Shown one piece after another: positions 15,865 to 24,841 of a DNA stretch of 64,000 nt. Position 1 is the stretch's first letter, and each line of letters starts with the position of its first letter. A model generated the notes under the pieces. It made no database searches. It was given only the letters and a program-made list of their open reading frames with translations, and was not told the origin of the DNA. The position numbers and the translations under genes are program-made. Source of the stretch: a virus; the IMG/VR virus record IMGVR_UViG_3300005529_000006, positions 1 through 64,000 of that record. One strand, written 5' to 3'.

Positions 15865-16173
15865 CTAACAAGCCTCCACATACTTAAACAATGCACTACC
15901 TTCCTCACTTGATTGGTTGGCCTTGCTACGATTTTGTGGCAGGGATGAACTGCGCTTCTTAGCTCCAACTTTGCTCTCATCGCCTCTCCTCTCGCATCGA
16001 ATAGAACAGAAACTTTGCTCGTCATTAGCAGTGCTGAGTGTGAATAATCCTCCACACCCATAGCACAGCCTTGCTGAATGCCTACAGGCCGCACACTCTT
16101 TGTGGCTCCTGCGCGTCCACACCTTGGGTTCCCCAGGCTCTCCCTCACCAAACCAGTTAGGATGAATTTTCAT
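15865..16173 (-). CDS. zinc-finger protein (CAACRHSARLCYGCGG...CSIRC)
   Basis: ATGA overlap with 16170..16652. Confidence 0.4.
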   Translation of the reverse strand: MKIHPNWFGEGEPGEPKVWTRRSHKECAACRHSARLCYGCGGLFTLSTANDEQSFCSIRCERRGDESKVGAKKRSSSLPQNRSKANQSSEEGSALFKYVEAC

Positions 16174-16652
16174 GCCCTTGCCCCACCTTCACTAAGATCA
16201 AACGCAAATCTTCCTGCACCCTCAGAACTCCAAACGAAGTCCTTAAAAACCCTCTCACCCTTGTCATCCCTGGAGTATTTCCACACACAGAGCGATGGCT
16301 TCATGCCTTGTGCACTGACCGAAGCGATAAACGCCTCAGTTCTGTCTGGATGCTTGCTTGGAGGAATCGCCATATCTGCATCCGTCAGCTCTCGATCTAC
16401 CGTCCAGGCATCACAGAGCAGGATCATGGCGGGATACTCATTTAACATCTCCCTCAACCAATCAGCCAGTTGATCCTTGAGTTCCACATTCTCCATGCCC
16501 TGAGACACATCCACGCCCTTGGCAATCTTCCCTTCCTTGTTGAGAAAGAGCACACAGGCAGGCAGATTGGTGGAGGCAGGATATTGTTTGGCCGCTGTCC
16601 TCATGGCCTCTTCAACAAATAGCTTGAGATCTTTCATGCCGCTCCTCCACAT
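16170..16652 (-). CDS. hypothetical protein (160 aa)
   Basis: ORF. Confidence 0.45.
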   Translation of the reverse strand: MWRSGMKDLKLFVEEAMRTAAKQYPASTNLPACVLFLNKEGKIAKGVDVSQGMENVELKDQLADWLREMLNEYPAMILLCDAWTVDRELTDADMAIPPSKHPDRTEAFIASVSAQGMKPSLCVWKYSRDDKGERVFKDFVWSSEGAGRFAFDLSEGGARA

Positions 16653-16879
16653 CTCCGGCTTGCTCCCACCGTCCTGTTTGGAATAAGAAAGTGGCCTATG
16701 AACTCCTGATAGCTCAGGAGTTCCACAGGCTCAGTAACTATCCCTTTTGCTGCCGCTCTCTCAGCCTTGAGTCTCGCTAACCTGCGAACCTCAAATGCCT
16801 GGTTAGAGCAGCGTTTGGTGCAGAACTTCTGTTTGTTGTGGTGCGGACTAAACTCCTGCTGACATTGCGGACAACGCAT
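16634..16879 (-). CDS. zinc-ribbon protein (CPQCQ...CTKRC)
   Basis: ORF. Confidence 0.4.
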   Translation of the reverse strand: MRCPQCQQEFSPHHNKQKFCTKRCSNQAFEVRRLARLKAERAAAKGIVTEPVELLSYQEFIGHFLIPNRTVGASRRCGGAA

Positions 16880-17054
16880 CCGGCACCTCCATTCCCCGAG
16901 TTTCTATTTCCCCTCTAAGCTCCTTGAGGGAATACTTAAAACACTTGGGATGTGCACTCGCTGCTTCCCAAGCTTGCTTTAGCTCCGCATCACTGAGATA
17001 GGGGAGCTTTACGCCCTCTGAGAAATCCCACACTAGCGACATGACATCCCCCAA
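16848..17054 (-). CDS. hypothetical protein (68 aa)
   Basis: ORF. Confidence 0.35.
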   Translation of the reverse strand: MGDVMSLVWDFSEGVKLPYLSDAELKQAWEAASAHPKCFKYSLKELRGEIETRGMEVPDALSAMSAGV

Positions 17055-17169
17055 ATAATTAAAGCGTCCATTAGCAGGACGCCCACATAGGTCACGATAA
17101 AGCGCCAGTTAAGTTTACCGACCAGCGCATGAGCCAACACCATGGCCCAGAACACCAGCACACCAGTGG

Positions 17170-17472
17170 TTATGAAGCTCTCCACGGCTCGAACCCCCTG
17201 CCAATCCGAATTGCATTGGCCTTGTCCAACAAGGCTTGCGCCCTGCGGACCATCTCGTTGAGGGTGTTCACATCAGCGATGTGGATAACCTTCTCTACCA
17301 GAGTTGGGGTAAGCTCGGGACTCTCATGCTCACCCAGAAACAACACCGCAGCTTGCTCCGCCGTCCTGCACGTACAGCCAATCGTGGCTGGTGCAGTCAT
17401 CGGCACACCATACAGGCTGTGCAGATATGCCGGACATTGTTTGTCATGCTGCATATTGCTCTCCTGAGGCAA
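17170..17472 (-). CDS. hypothetical protein (100 aa)
   Basis: ORF. Confidence 0.4.
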   Translation of the reverse strand: MPQESNMQHDKQCPAYLHSLYGVPMTAPATIGCTCRTAEQAAVLFLGEHESPELTPTLVEKVIHIADVNTLNEMVRRAQALLDKANAIRIGRGFEPWRAS

Positions 17473-17677
17473 AAAGCCTCACAGAGCAGTAAGTCCAGTG
17501 TTTTTGCCGTAGCTCACACTGGCAGTCATACTGCTCTGCGCGGCTCTTATAGATCAGCCACTCCACTCTCCAGCCATCTCTCCAGCCATGGCCATATCTC
17601 AAATATCGGAATCCCAATTGCCACCAATGGCTTGCCCTGCCACATCAAAATCCACGCAAATGGTTGGTAGGTGATGG

Positions 17678-17923
17678 TCATAGCAGCATCCCTTTCACAA
17701 TCTCCTGTAACTTAGGCCCACGGTCATAACCACAGCGACTATCGAAGCTACGAACCAAAGTGAACTTCCGGCCATTGAACAGAACCAACTCATGCCGATA
17801 GTGCTGAAACGCAATCTCCTTGCGTACTTCTTGCACATACGGTCTGTCCTTGGGCTCGCTGCCCCTGATCTGCAACTCACCGCTGCGAAGTTTTACCCAA
17901 TAGATCACTTGAGCACCTCCCAC
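17678..17923 (-). CDS. hypothetical protein (81 aa)
   Basis: ORF. Confidence 0.35.
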   Translation of the reverse strand: MGGAQVIYWVKLRSGELQIRGSEPKDRPYVQEVRKEIAFQHYRHELVLFNGRKFTLVRSFDSRCGYDRGPKLQEIVKGMLL

Positions 17924-18312
17924 TTTCTCCGTTTCCCATCACCCACTGGACTAACCACAGCCCGCATATAGTCTCGACTGTTAATGTCCTGTGCCAATGG
18001 GCCTTTCTGATATGCTCTCGCTTCCTTGGCAGTGCAGGCGTGCCAAGTGGGAGCATCAGCACATTGGGGCATGACCTCTACCCATTTCTTCTTGGGGATG
18101 AACTTCTCAGTGTTGTCTTCGTGGTTGTATAGCTTCCTGACTTGCCTCTCCAGGCTGTCTAACTCATCCATCTGCCGCTTGAACTCAAGTCCATCAATAC
18201 GTCTACAGATGCCAGCCTTCTCAGCCTTGGCAGAGATGACAAATAACTTACGCAGAGAGCTACGCTCACTCTCAATTGTCTCCAGCATCGACTTGAATTC
18301 TTTGTAGGTCAT
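17905..18312 (-). CDS. hypothetical protein (135 aa)
   Basis: ORF. Confidence 0.45.
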   Translation of the reverse strand: MTYKEFKSMLETIESERSSLRKLFVISAKAEKAGICRRIDGLEFKRQMDELDSLERQVRKLYNHEDNTEKFIPKKKWVEVMPQCADAPTWHACTAKEARAYQKGPLAQDINSRDYMRAVVSPVGDGKRRKWEVLK

Positions 18313-18515
18313 TACTCACCCCCTACCTGAGATACCCACAGCATCCAGTTAGCCCCGATAACCTGCCGAGCAAGCCAACGCATTGCCCAATAGAACCCAT
18401 GTGACCTGTTGGCATCGAACACATTGCGCGAATCAAATGCGTTCCCGGTCAAACTCAGGAACACATGCAAGCAATTGCGATTTGTCCGAATTGTCAGCAT
18501 TGGTTTCTCCTTCAC
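18312..18515 (-). CDS. hypothetical protein (67 aa)
   Basis: ORF. Confidence 0.3.
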   Translation of the reverse strand: MKEKPMLTIRTNRNCLHVFLSLTGNAFDSRNVFDANRSHGFYWAMRWLARQVIGANWMLWVSQVGGE

Positions 18516-18561
18516 TCGATGCCCACTCAGTAGGCATCCAGCGAAGAAGCCCCATAAGGGG

Positions 18562-18966
18562 CTACTTCTTGGACATCTTGGCCTTGAACGTGTTGACCTT
18601 GGCCTGCTCCTGAGGGGTCAGGTCAGTGCGCTTCGCCAGAACTTCATACTCCGCGAAGGTCAGCTCGCTGTTGTCGATGGGATTGCCCTTGGTCGCCAGC
18701 TTGTCCTGATTGGCAGCGATGAACTTGCTCACCTCAGGGGCAAACTCGATCAGCCGTTTCCACTGCTCCCCATACAGGGTCACGGGCATACGCTGTAGGC
18801 CATAAATGCTCACAGCGCCCTTCTCGCTGACCTTGCAGACCAACTTGCCCGAAGTACGGGCTGCTAACTGCGATTCCAGTTCAGCGATTCTCGCTTTCAT
18901 CTGCTCAAGTGTTTGTGACATGTTGTTTCTCCTTTCGGCCTGTCGCCGTTTGTTCGAACGGGCCAA
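18562..18966 (-). CDS. hypothetical protein, first gene of the leftward operon
   Basis: ORF abutting the control region; basic N-terminus with a coiled coil. Confidence 0.45.
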   Translation of the reverse strand: MARSNKRRQAERRNNMSQTLEQMKARIAELESQLAARTSGKLVCKVSEKGAVSIYGLQRMPVTLYGEQWKRLIEFAPEVSKFIAANQDKLATKGNPIDNSELTFAEYEVLAKRTDLTPQEQAKVNTFKAKMSKK

Positions 18967-18993
18967 ATACCCAACTTTCGATTCCGCGGCAAG

Positions 18994-19053
18994 TTGAAGA
19001 AAACAAAGGACTTAGAAAAAACCGCTCTAACTTGTTGAAAACAAAGGACTTAG
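18994..19053 (+). repeat. two direct copies of TTGnnGAAAACAAAGGACTTAG, 39 bp apart
   Basis: aagTTGaaGAAAACAAAGGACTTAG and aacTTGttGAAAACAAAGGACTTAG, read directly. Confidence 0.7.
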
Positions 19054-19476
19054 CGGCCTTGCTATTCCCCCTCAATCTCCCTGATAACGCTCATGTCAGC
19101 ATGATTTAGATAATCAGCGCACAATAAGGGGCGATGTGCTATGTCATTGGCAGGTAATGAGTTGGCATAGGTTTAAGCTGATCGCCAGGGGGGTGGCAGT
19201 TTTTAATTGGGTGGGCCCCAACGCTCCTCAAAAATATAAAAATATGCTATTAAATTGTTGATTCTGAAGGGGGGTGGGCTGTTTTCTTATGGGGTCCCCA
19301 AATATGTATTGGACTGCCTGGCCAAAAGGAGGTAAGTTGCTGGAATGCACCTCTACCGGTTCATCCAGTTTTTGCCTTATACCAGGCGGCAATATCCGGA
19401 TCTGACCTTGTGGCAGCAGGTAATCCTGACCTGGCGAGATGTTCGAAGGTTCTTATGAGGGTGTATACAGTTCTAT

Positions 19477-19495
19477 GAACCCCTTTTTGGGTAGG
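19477..19495 (+). repeat. 19-bp motif copy C (GAACCCCTTTTTgGGTAGG, 1 mismatch)
   Basis: In the control region, followed by AGGTATG. Confidence 0.65.
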
Positions 19496-19584
19496 AGGTA
19501 TGACATGTGTTTTCAATGAGATACAAGAATTTTCCTTGTAAGTCGTTGATTCTAAAGCGCAATGTCCAAATGACACTTTTCTGA

Positions 19585-19604
19585 TAAGTCCTTTGTTTTC
19601 AAGG
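19585..19604 (-). repeat. inverted third copy of the GAAAACAAAGGACTTA element
   Basis: Plus strand reads TAAGTCCTTTGTTTTCAAGG, which is the reverse complement of the 18994 and 19033 copies. Confidence 0.65.
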
Positions 19605-19724
19605 GTCCTCATGTTTCTCACTACCCCGCCGATCACCAGCCCCAGGACCCAAAATCCTTTAGAATATTCACCCCTTTAGTGAGAAACATTTACTATATTG
19701 ATAAATAAGGGTTTATGCATTTTG

Positions 19725-19748
19725 AGTGTCACGACGTTTTTCGTGACA
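19725..19748. promoter_or_regulatory. perfect palindrome GTGTCACG-N8-CGTGACAC (operator-like)
   Basis: Read directly; 8-bp arms. Confidence 0.4.
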
Positions 19749-19836
19749 CTTCCTGCAAGTGGCGTGTTTTCAGCTATTTACCCCTATCTATAACGTACAC
19801 CTGGAGTTGCGCTGATACACAATTTGGACACATCCT

Positions 19837-19855
19837 CCTACCTAAAAAGGGGTTT
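19837..19855 (-). repeat. 19-bp motif copy D (CCTACCTAAAAAGGGGTTt, near-exact)
   Basis: About 72 nt upstream of the first rightward gene. Confidence 0.65.
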
Positions 19856-19927
19856 CGAAGCACCTGTATAAAATATTTTTATGTTGTTGGAAATAAAAAT
19901 ACTTCCGGGGGGATCTAATTCAATGAA

Positions 19928-20401
19928 GTGCCGAGATCTAAGTTCTCTGAGAACATAACTCCTGATTGGTTTCGGGAAGCGGCCCGGTTGATGGCCAGGA
20001 ATGACATCAGCCTCAAGCAAGCCGTGGTCGAACTCCAGCGTGAGTTAGCCCCTGAAGAATGCGAGCGCCTGGCTCGCCGGGATGACTTCAAGCAGATTCT
20101 CCAGCAGGAGAAGAATCGCTACCGCTCTGAAGTCGCCAACAGTCCCGACCGCACCAAAGCCACCAAGATCGGCATTCTCCAACTGGCAGTTGAAAAACTT
20201 CTGGCCGAAGGCGAGTGGGAAAAAGCTGCCAAAATCACCATGGAACAAGCGAAGCTCGAAGGGGAGCTGAACGCTGACTCCAATATCAACATCTTCGCTG
20301 GCCTGACCGCCAAAGATATCGCCTCCGAACGCGAAAAAGTCCTCAAACAGATTGAAGCTGACCGATCCGACCGAGATACTCCAGAAATTCTCCCCAACTG
20401 A
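19928..20401 (+). CDS. putative terminase small subunit
   Basis: First gene of the late operon, immediately upstream of and overlapping the TerL gene; 157 aa, helical and charged. GTG start is uncertain. Confidence 0.4.
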   Translation: MPRSKFSENITPDWFREAARLMARNDISLKQAVVELQRELAPEECERLARRDDFKQILQQEKNRYRSEVANSPDRTKATKIGILQLAVEKLLAEGEWEKAAKITMEQAKLEGELNADSNINIFAGLTAKDIASEREKVLKQIEADRSDRDTPEILPN

Positions 20402-21863
20402 GCGTCTCGCCATCATCAATGCGCTCGAAAAGAAGCGCAAAGATGAACAATTCGCCAAATACTGGACTCCTCAGCCTCAACAAGAGCCGCATTTCGCCCA
20501 GTTCACCTCCAAAACCAAGATTTTCGGCATTCTCGGAGGCAATCGCTCAGGTAAGACAGAAGAAGGGGCTTTTATAAGTGTAGCTTGGGCTCTAGGTAAG
20601 GACTATTTCATAGGAGAACCTGCCTATGAGTGGGTCAAGGACCTTCCTATTCCCGAGCCTCCCAATAACATCTGGGTCGTGGGGCTCGACTTCCCCACAC
20701 TCAGAGATGTTATCTGGCGAGAGAAACTAAGGTTTGGCAGACAGCATCCCCCGATCCTCCCCAAAGATCCCTCGGTCGTCACCAAAGTATCCGATGGTGA
20801 CTACCAGATCTTCTTCGCCAACGGCTCCATTATCACAGGCAAATCGGCTGATTCGGGCCGTGAGAAGTTTCAGGGCGCTTCAGTTGACCTGGTGTGGATC
20901 GACGAGGAGCCTGAGGTTTCAATTTTTGATGAAGCGTATCAGCGAACCGCTGACTGCGCAGGAAAGATCCTACTTACACTCACTCCTCTTACGGACATTT
21001 CCTCGGGCGTTAGGACTCCCTGGGTCTTCGATCTCTACGAAGAGATGAAACAAGGGCGAGACGACATCAAGTTCGTCTCCCTGAATGTTCTAGAGAATCC
21101 CTACGTTCCCGATGACGAGAAAGATAAGCTCGTTAAAAAGTGGACGGGACACTTTGAAGAGAGAGCCAGGTTGTATGGCGAATTCATCCAGCGATCCGGA
21201 CTTGTTTATAACCTCTGGAAACCCTCTGTCCACCTTATCCCACCCCGAAAGATCCCACGCGAATGGCGAAGGATTGTCAGTATTGATCCTGCCGCTACTG
21301 GCACTACTGCTGCTATTGGGGCCGCCATCGAGCCAGGCACGAATAACCTCTACCTCTACCAGGAATATTACGACCGAAACAAGGTTGTCAGTGACCACGC
21401 TCGAAATATTCTTGTGCGTTTCTCGGGAGAACCCGTCGATATTTGGCTCATTGATCCTAAATGGGGAACCCAACGTAATGGCGAGACCCACAAAACTGGG
21501 ATGCAATTGTATCGAGAGAATGGAATTCCAGTCCGACTTGCCGAGGTCGATGAAGATTATGGTCTTAACGCCTCCCGAGAGTATATTGCCGCCACGCTTG
21601 ATCCAAATTCCCGCCACCCCAAAGTCTTCGTTTTCAATTCCCTCAAGAACTTTCGATTCGAGATAGAACATTACGTTTGGGACTTCTTCCAAAAGGGAGA
21701 ACAAAAGGGCCTCTCAAAGGACAAACCTCTCAAGCGTAACGATCACTTGATGAATGCCTTCCAATATCTTTGCGCTTTACGGCCACGCGGACGGAGATCC
21801 TCCGGACTTCCTCTCAACGAAGAGGACAAAAAGATCTACTCCAACCTCAACAGTTACACATAA
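20352..21863 (+). CDS. terL: terminase large subunit
   Basis: ATPase motifs FGILGGNRSGKTEEGAF (Walker A) and VDLVWIDEEPE (Walker B); C-terminal RNase H-like nuclease region (VSIDPAATG); 503 aa. Confidence 0.85.
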   Translation: MKLTDPTEILQKFSPTERLAIINALEKKRKDEQFAKYWTPQPQQEPHFAQFTSKTKIFGILGGNRSGKTEEGAFISVAWALGKDYFIGEPAYEWVKDLPIPEPPNNIWVVGLDFPTLRDVIWREKLRFGRQHPPILPKDPSVVTKVSDGDYQIFFANGSIITGKSADSGREKFQGASVDLVWIDEEPEVSIFDEAYQRTADCAGKILLTLTPLTDISSGVRTPWVFDLYEEMKQGRDDIKFVSLNVLENPYVPDDEKDKLVKKWTGHFEERARLYGEFIQRSGLVYNLWKPSVHLIPPRKIPREWRRIVSIDPAATGTTAAIGAAIEPGTNNLYLYQEYYDRNKVVSDHARNILVRFSGEPVDIWLIDPKWGTQRNGETHKTGMQLYRENGIPVRLAEVDEDYGLNASREYIAATLDPNSRHPKVFVFNSLKNFRFEIEHYVWDFFQKGEQKGLSKDKPLKRNDHLMNAFQYLCALRPRGRRSSGLPLNEEDKKIYSNLNSYT

Positions 21864-21867
21864 ATCT

Positions 21868-22044
21868 ATGTTGAAGAAATTTCTCGCTCTTGTGAAACTC
21901 AATAACTTCCTGAAGTTCCTCGGAATCGCAGGCTTAGTTGCTGTGCTTCTACTGTTCTGCTCGTTAAAAGCCCGAATCTTGGGATTTGTAAGTCTCGGGG
22001 TACTTGGTGCAGGGGCAGCTTACGAAAAACTCTACAAGGAATAA
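21868..22044 (+). CDS. small membrane protein (58 aa, 2 TM), trimmed from ORF 21754..22044
   Basis: ATG 5 nt after the terL stop; LGIAGLVAVLLLFCSL / ILGFVSLGVLGAGAA. Confidence 0.35.
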   Translation: MLKKFLALVKLNNFLKFLGIAGLVAVLLLFCSLKARILGFVSLGVLGAGAAYEKLYKE

Positions 22045-22233
22045 ATGAAAACAATCGCTACTATCTTGGTTTTGTGCTCTATGTCGTTCGCTTCGGCGCA
22101 CGTCGTAAGTCACGCAGCTAAGGAAGCCGTATCTATGTCTCCGGCTCACGCCGCTAAGCGTGTTGTTCAGGGAGCTAAATTGGCCTCCTTTCCCGTTCGT
22201 CATCCTAAGAAATCTGCCAAAGCGGTTTTCTAA
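22045..22233 (+). CDS. small secreted protein with an internal repeat (HAAKEAVS / AHAAKRVV)
   Basis: Signal peptide MKTIATILVLCSMSFASA. Confidence 0.35.
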   Translation: MKTIATILVLCSMSFASAHVVSHAAKEAVSMSPAHAAKRVVQGAKLASFPVRHPKKSAKAVF

Positions 22234-22235
22234 AT

Positions 22236-22418
22236 ATGGATGTCCACAAGGACTTCCTCCCGAAAGTCCAGCGTATTCCCTCTAAAGACGAGACCTTCTC
22301 GTACTCGGGAACTAAAGACTTCGAGAAACCAGAAGAAGGAGACGTACGAACGTTAGATCGCAAGATCTCCGTTCCTCGCTCCCGGACTCGAAACTCTCTC
22401 AACAATAGCTACACATAA
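22236..22418 (+). CDS. hypothetical protein (60 aa)
   Basis: ORF. Confidence 0.3.
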   Translation: MDVHKDFLPKVQRIPSKDETFSYSGTKDFEKPEEGDVRTLDRKISVPRSRTRNSLNNSYT

Positions 22419-22430
22419 AGGAAAAACAAT

Positions 22431-22781
22431 ATGGCAATCACTGGCTCAATCACATACTCCGGACAAGCGCCCGTGGCTGGCGGAAGCCCTACACTGGCTT
22501 TCGGCGGCACCTCGATGCTTGAGGTCTCGTATGTTGGCACGGTCACGCTGACTCTCGACGGCGCGGCTACCACCTTCACCTTCAACTACGTTGACGGCAC
22601 CACGGCCCTCCCGTTTACCCCGAAGGGAATTCTGTATTCCCTGAACGGTGGGAACGAAGGCACCGCAGTAATCAAGAAGTGGGTAGATGCAGCCGATGGT
22701 GGAAAGACCTCCACTATCACGCTGAGCGCGGCTGGTACCAACACCAACACGCTGATCTACAGCTTCATGATCTTGAAGTAA
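22431..22781 (+). CDS. Thr/Gly/Ala-rich beta-type putative virion protein
   Basis: Composition; position between terL and portal. Confidence 0.45.
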   Translation: MAITGSITYSGQAPVAGGSPTLAFGGTSMLEVSYVGTVTLTLDGAATTFTFNYVDGTTALPFTPKGILYSLNGGNEGTAVIKKWVDAADGGKTSTITLSAAGTNTNTLIYSFMILK

Positions 22782-22799
22782 CTCCTTGAGGAGGGGCAA

Positions 22800-22985
22800 A
22801 TGCAAAATACTCACTGTAATGGGGGTCATGAGATCTACGTAGCTGAAGTCGTCGCGGTGGAAGCAGAAGGCAAAATCGTAGTTATAACGGTTTGCCGGCT
22901 GTGTGATCGCGTCAGCTTTACTGAAAAGCAGATCTGTGGCTCTCACTCCCCCATTGCTTTCTTAAAAGAAAAACAAAAGGAATAA
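22800..22985 (+). CDS. small zinc-ribbon protein
   Basis: CNGGHEIY...CRLCDR...CGSH. Confidence 0.3.
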   Translation: MQNTHCNGGHEIYVAEVVAVEAEGKIVVITVCRLCDRVSFTEKQICGSHSPIAFLKEKQKE

Positions 22986-22986
22986 A

Positions 22987-23490
22987 ATGGGCTACAATTT
23001 TCGTGATGATAACCCGGTCCTGGGCCCTAATACCCAGATCGAAATCCCCAACGGCGCATCTGCACCTACATTGGTCAAGATGCAGGTCATCGAGTGCGTC
23101 AGCGTATTTCTCCCCGCTGCCGCCAACGCGGTGAACCAGCCGATCTTTATCAACCCGCCTGCGGCTTCCGTGGCATCTGGTACTTTCCCCATGGGACAGT
23201 ATTCCCTGGTGGGATGTTCGGTGCGTTTCGGCACCGCAAGTACCTCGGGAACCCTCCAGATTGAACGGACACCTTCCGCCACGGCGGTGGGCTCGGGTAC
23301 CAACCTTCTCTCCGGTACCGTGTCGCTGGCTGGCACAGCCAACACAGTGGTGAATGGAGTTCCCTCCACGTCATTGTCAGCGGCTAACCAGGTCCTGGCT
23401 CCAGGAGATTCATTGAGTTTGATCTTCGCTGGCACCCTGACCAACTTGGCGAATTGCGCCATCACGGTATTTCTCTCAAGGACTGTCTAA
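22987..23490 (+). CDS. Thr/Ser/Gly-rich putative virion protein (167 aa)
   Basis: Composition; TAATG junction to the next gene. Confidence 0.45.
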   Translation: MGYNFRDDNPVLGPNTQIEIPNGASAPTLVKMQVIECVSVFLPAAANAVNQPIFINPPAASVASGTFPMGQYSLVGCSVRFGTASTSGTLQIERTPSATAVGSGTNLLSGTVSLAGTANTVVNGVPSTSLSAANQVLAPGDSLSLIFAGTLTNLANCAITVFLSRTV

Positions 23491-23849
23491 TGGCTAGACC
23501 TCTACAAACGGGCGATCAAGCTCCTGACTTTTCGCGCACCGATAGTTCCACGTCAGCGGATCGTCGTCAGCAAAGGGAAGAAGGCGTCACTCCGGAGTTC
23601 GGCCGCAACCGCGCTCCGCAGCACGACGCTCCTATAGGCATGAGCTGGAGAGCGGGTCAACTGCCTCCCAACTCCTTCCTGAGCGCACCTTTTGCTCCCG
23701 TAAACAGCGATGATCCCAATGAGATCGAAGTACGTGAGCTTGACATCGCCTCCTATGGCGATTGTTACGACACTACCTCTCCCATGCGCGTTCGGGACGT
23801 GAGCCGCGAGTGGGACGTTGACACTGACCACGACGGTCGCAAGAACTAA
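23490..23849 (+). CDS. hypothetical protein (start at internal Met of ORF 23454..23849)
   Basis: TAATG coupling to the upstream gene. Confidence 0.4.
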   Translation: MARPLQTGDQAPDFSRTDSSTSADRRQQREEGVTPEFGRNRAPQHDAPIGMSWRAGQLPPNSFLSAPFAPVNSDDPNEIEVRELDIASYGDCYDTTSPMRVRDVSREWDVDTDHDGRKN

Positions 23850-23864
23850 TATGAAAGGGTTCCG

Positions 23865-24188
23865 ATGCCCTTCTTGTTGGGTTGTGTCGCCCTTATCGTC
23901 CTCGACCTCTACCTGTCCGCAGTGCGGCTGCGCACTTACGGACCCAGAGTGGAACTCAATCCCGTTGCCCGACAGCTCGCAAGTGACTTCGGACCAACAG
24001 TTGGAATTGTTTTCCTTGGAATCTTTAATGCAGGACTTCTCGGACTTGTAGCGCACTCTCCGACCCTCCTGCATGTTTTCTTCGGCCTCAAGCTCGGCCT
24101 GGCTTTAATGCAGCTTAAATCTCTCCAGCTCGAAACTTACATCGAAAGAATCTTAAGAAATGTCAAAGCGAAACATATTCCCCGCTAA
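23865..24188 (+). CDS. membrane protein (3 TM)
   Basis: Hydrophobic helices FLLGCVALIVLDLYL, VGIVFLGIFNAGLLGLVA, FFGLKLGLALM. Confidence 0.45.
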   Translation: MPFLLGCVALIVLDLYLSAVRLRTYGPRVELNPVARQLASDFGPTVGIVFLGIFNAGLLGLVAHSPTLLHVFFGLKLGLALMQLKSLQLETYIERILRNVKAKHIPR

Positions 24189-24378
24189 CGTCACGCCCAG
24201 TTCGAACAACGCTAACGTCTCCACAGGCGCAAGCACACTCAAGGGCATGAAGGACAAATCGGTAATTGTTAAATCGAACAGCCATCCAGTTCAGGTGGAT
24301 GCCGATGGTGCATGTTGGGACACGACCAGCAATGCGTTTGTGAAACCCGAAGACACCAATCTGCACGATCCTGCATAA
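24160..24378 (+). CDS. hypothetical protein (72 aa; start uncertain)
   Basis: ORF. Confidence 0.3.
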   Translation: MSKRNIFPANVTPSSNNANVSTGASTLKGMKDKSVIVKSNSHPVQVDADGACWDTTSNAFVKPEDTNLHDPA

Positions 24379-24478
24379 GCTGGAGCCGGGGGGATGCGCG
24401 TCCTGCCCCTCTCCGCGCCAGAGGTTCCGCCCTACACTCCTAGCGTTGAGCCCTAACCCCCGGCCCCGCCAAACCTAA

Positions 24479-24559
24479 ATGGAAATCATTCCAATTCTCT
24501 TCATGCTCTCGGGAACGATCTTCTTCGTTACCGCCACCGTACACCTGCTCAAGAAATAA
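24479..24559 (+). CDS. 26-aa single-TM micro-protein (MEIIPILFMLSGTIFFVTATVHLLKK)
   Basis: Hand translation; its TAA is followed immediately by the ATG of 24560. Confidence 0.3.
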   Translation: MEIIPILFMLSGTIFFVTATVHLLKK

Positions 24560-24841
24560 ATGGAACTTATCGGAATCACTCGGGACGGCGAAGATCAGTT
24601 CGTAGTCAAGTGCGAGATTCATGATTGGTACTTCGCAGGTCATCCACCTCTTACAACTGGTTGCAGGGAATGTTGGAATGCCTATTACTTTGCCCAAATA
24701 GCTCTGGCAACCGGAGATAAATACACCCTCGTTCAGCAACTAGAGAGTGCCATCCGGCACACGGCGGAATTAGTCGATAAAGGTGCTTGGGACTTCGTTC
24801 CCAACATGCAGATCGAGAGCATTGAAAAAGAACCTGATTGA
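24560..24841 (+). CDS. hypothetical protein (93 aa)
   Basis: ORF. Confidence 0.45.
   Translation: MELIGITRDGEDQFVVKCEIHDWYFAGHPPLTTGCRECWNAYYFAQIALATGDKYTLVQQLESAIRHTAELVDKGAWDFVPNMQIESIEKEPD

Larger units (their letters stand above)
18967..19927. promoter_or_regulatory. divergent control region (about 960 bp, no convincing ORF)
   Basis: Lies between the leftward operon (start 18966) and the rightward operon (start 19928). Contains direct and inverted 22-mers, G-runs, an AT-rich tract (19231-19258), a palindrome and two copies of the 19-bp motif. Confidence 0.55.

Noticed and set aside
18994-19604. Possible CRISPR array
   Set aside because: Only three copies, irregular spacing (39 bp and about 550 bp), one inverted, and no cas genes. 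These are regulatory repeats, not a CRISPR array.
19361-19636. 91-aa minus-strand ORF in the control region
   Set aside because: Contains a copy of the 19-bp motif and other repeats, and has no RBS or coupling context; more likely non-coding regulatory DNA.
21090-21704. Long minus-strand ORFs antisense to late genes (21090..21704 in terL, 31175..31948 in the capsid gene, 36485..37171 in the fiber gene, 54357..55133 in the 1672-aa gene)
   Set aside because: Same shadow-ORF reasoning; the sense genes carry recognisable motifs.
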